Shown piece after piece: positions 62,975 to 64,000 of a DNA stretch of 64,000 nucleotides. Origin of the DNA: Leucoraja ocellata (taxonomy: Eukaryota); NCBI GenBank assembly GCA_036785375.1, contig JAWMAR010000138.1, positions 310,001 to 374,000 of the forward strand, read 5' to 3'. The position numbers and the translations under genes are program-made. The notes under the pieces are model-generated. The model was not told the DNA's origin and did not search any database. It was given only the letters and a program-made list of their open reading frames with translations. How positions within the stretch are numbered: the first letter of the stretch is position 1; each line of letters begins with the position of its first letter.

Positions 62975-64000
62975 TTGGAAGAGATTTGGATGATAATGTA
63001 GATGACATAATTACTAAGTTTGCAAATGACACTAAAACTGGTGGAGTGGCAGACATTGAAGAAGGTTATGGAGTCATAGAGACATAGGGAAACTAAGGGG
63101 TAATTGTTTTTACACAAAGAGTGATGGGTGTATGGAACGAGCTGTTGGAGCAGGTAGTTGAGGCAGATACTATCGTAATGTTTAAGAAACATTTGGACAT
63201 GTACATGGAGAGGATGGGTCTAGAGGGATATGGGCCAAATGCAGGCAGGTGGGACTAGTGTAGATGGGGCATGTTGGTTGGCATTAGCAAGTTAGGCTGA
63301 AGGGTCTGTTCCAAAGTTGTATGACTATGACTCTCTGACTCTATAAGGTTATCTAAGGCTACATACAACAGGATCTGATTCAATTGGGAAAGTGGGCCAA
63401 GGAATGGCAGATAGAATTTAACTCAAACATGTGCAAAGTAATTCATTTTGTGAAGTTAAACCATAGCAGGACATATGATAGGGCAGAAAGAAAAACCCAA
63501 AGGGTACAAGTACAGATCCTTGAACAGGGTTGCACAGTGCAAAAAGATGGTGAAGAATGCATATGGCATGCTGACCATTCATTAGTTGGGGCATTGAGTA
63601 CAAGAAGTAGGACATCATGTTACAACAGTACAAGATGTTGGTAAGGTCATATCTGAACTATTGTGTGTAGTTCGGGTCACATTACTATAGGAAGGATATG
63701 ACACAGCTGGAGAGGGAGCAGAAATGATTCACAAGGATGTTACCAAGGCTTGAGTTTTCAAGAGATACTGGCTGAGTGTTTTCGCTGGAGTGAAGGAGAC
63801 TGAGGGGGTCACCTTGCATATGTAGATTTATTAAATTATGATAGGCACAGATAAGGTGGACTATTACAGCTCATTTCCCAGGGAGGGGTGTCTTAAACCA
63901 GAGGGCAAAGGTGAGAAGTGATAGAAACAGTGGGGGCCTGAGCCGTGTTTTGTTTTTTAAAAATGTGGTTGTTATATGGAGCACGCTGCCAGGGGACATG
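62975..64000 (+). mobile_element. CR1 ORF2/3' fragments, one nested within another
   Basis: I.KFA.DTK.GG, WAKEWQIEFN...CKVIHF, with a CR1 3' end inserted at ~63070-63345. Confidence 0.8.

Overview
Repeat-rich, non-coding vertebrate DNA. The repeat families (CR1/HER1-like LINEs, HE1-like V-SINEs, a Deu-domain SINE and Penelope-derived repeats) point to a cartilaginous fish, probably a skate or ray; this is an inference. I recognised no host protein-coding exon, so the window is probably intronic or intergenic. The larger elements are a full-length, disabled Ty3/Gypsy (Mag-like) LTR retrotransposon (45545-50226), a full-length Passport-like Tc1 DD34E transposon (52920-54482), three non-autonomous Helitrons, two Harbinger-type MITEs, a foldback element and a hAT-like insertion. 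There are also Rex/Babar, RTE and L2 remnants, a Penelope GIY-YIG remnant, and about 20 Penelope-type repeats carrying a hammerhead-like core. A 1.2-kb purine tract and a 200-N gap are also present. The most striking observation is a pair of ~120-130 bp retroposed elements with target-site duplications (TSDs) at 3683-3799 (+) and 4472-4604 (-). Their 5' end is a minimal HDV-like ribozyme fold, complete in the second copy, joined to a LINE-like 3' end with a (GAA)n tail. All calls come from reading the sequence by eye; no database searches were run, and boundaries of degenerate repeats are approximate.
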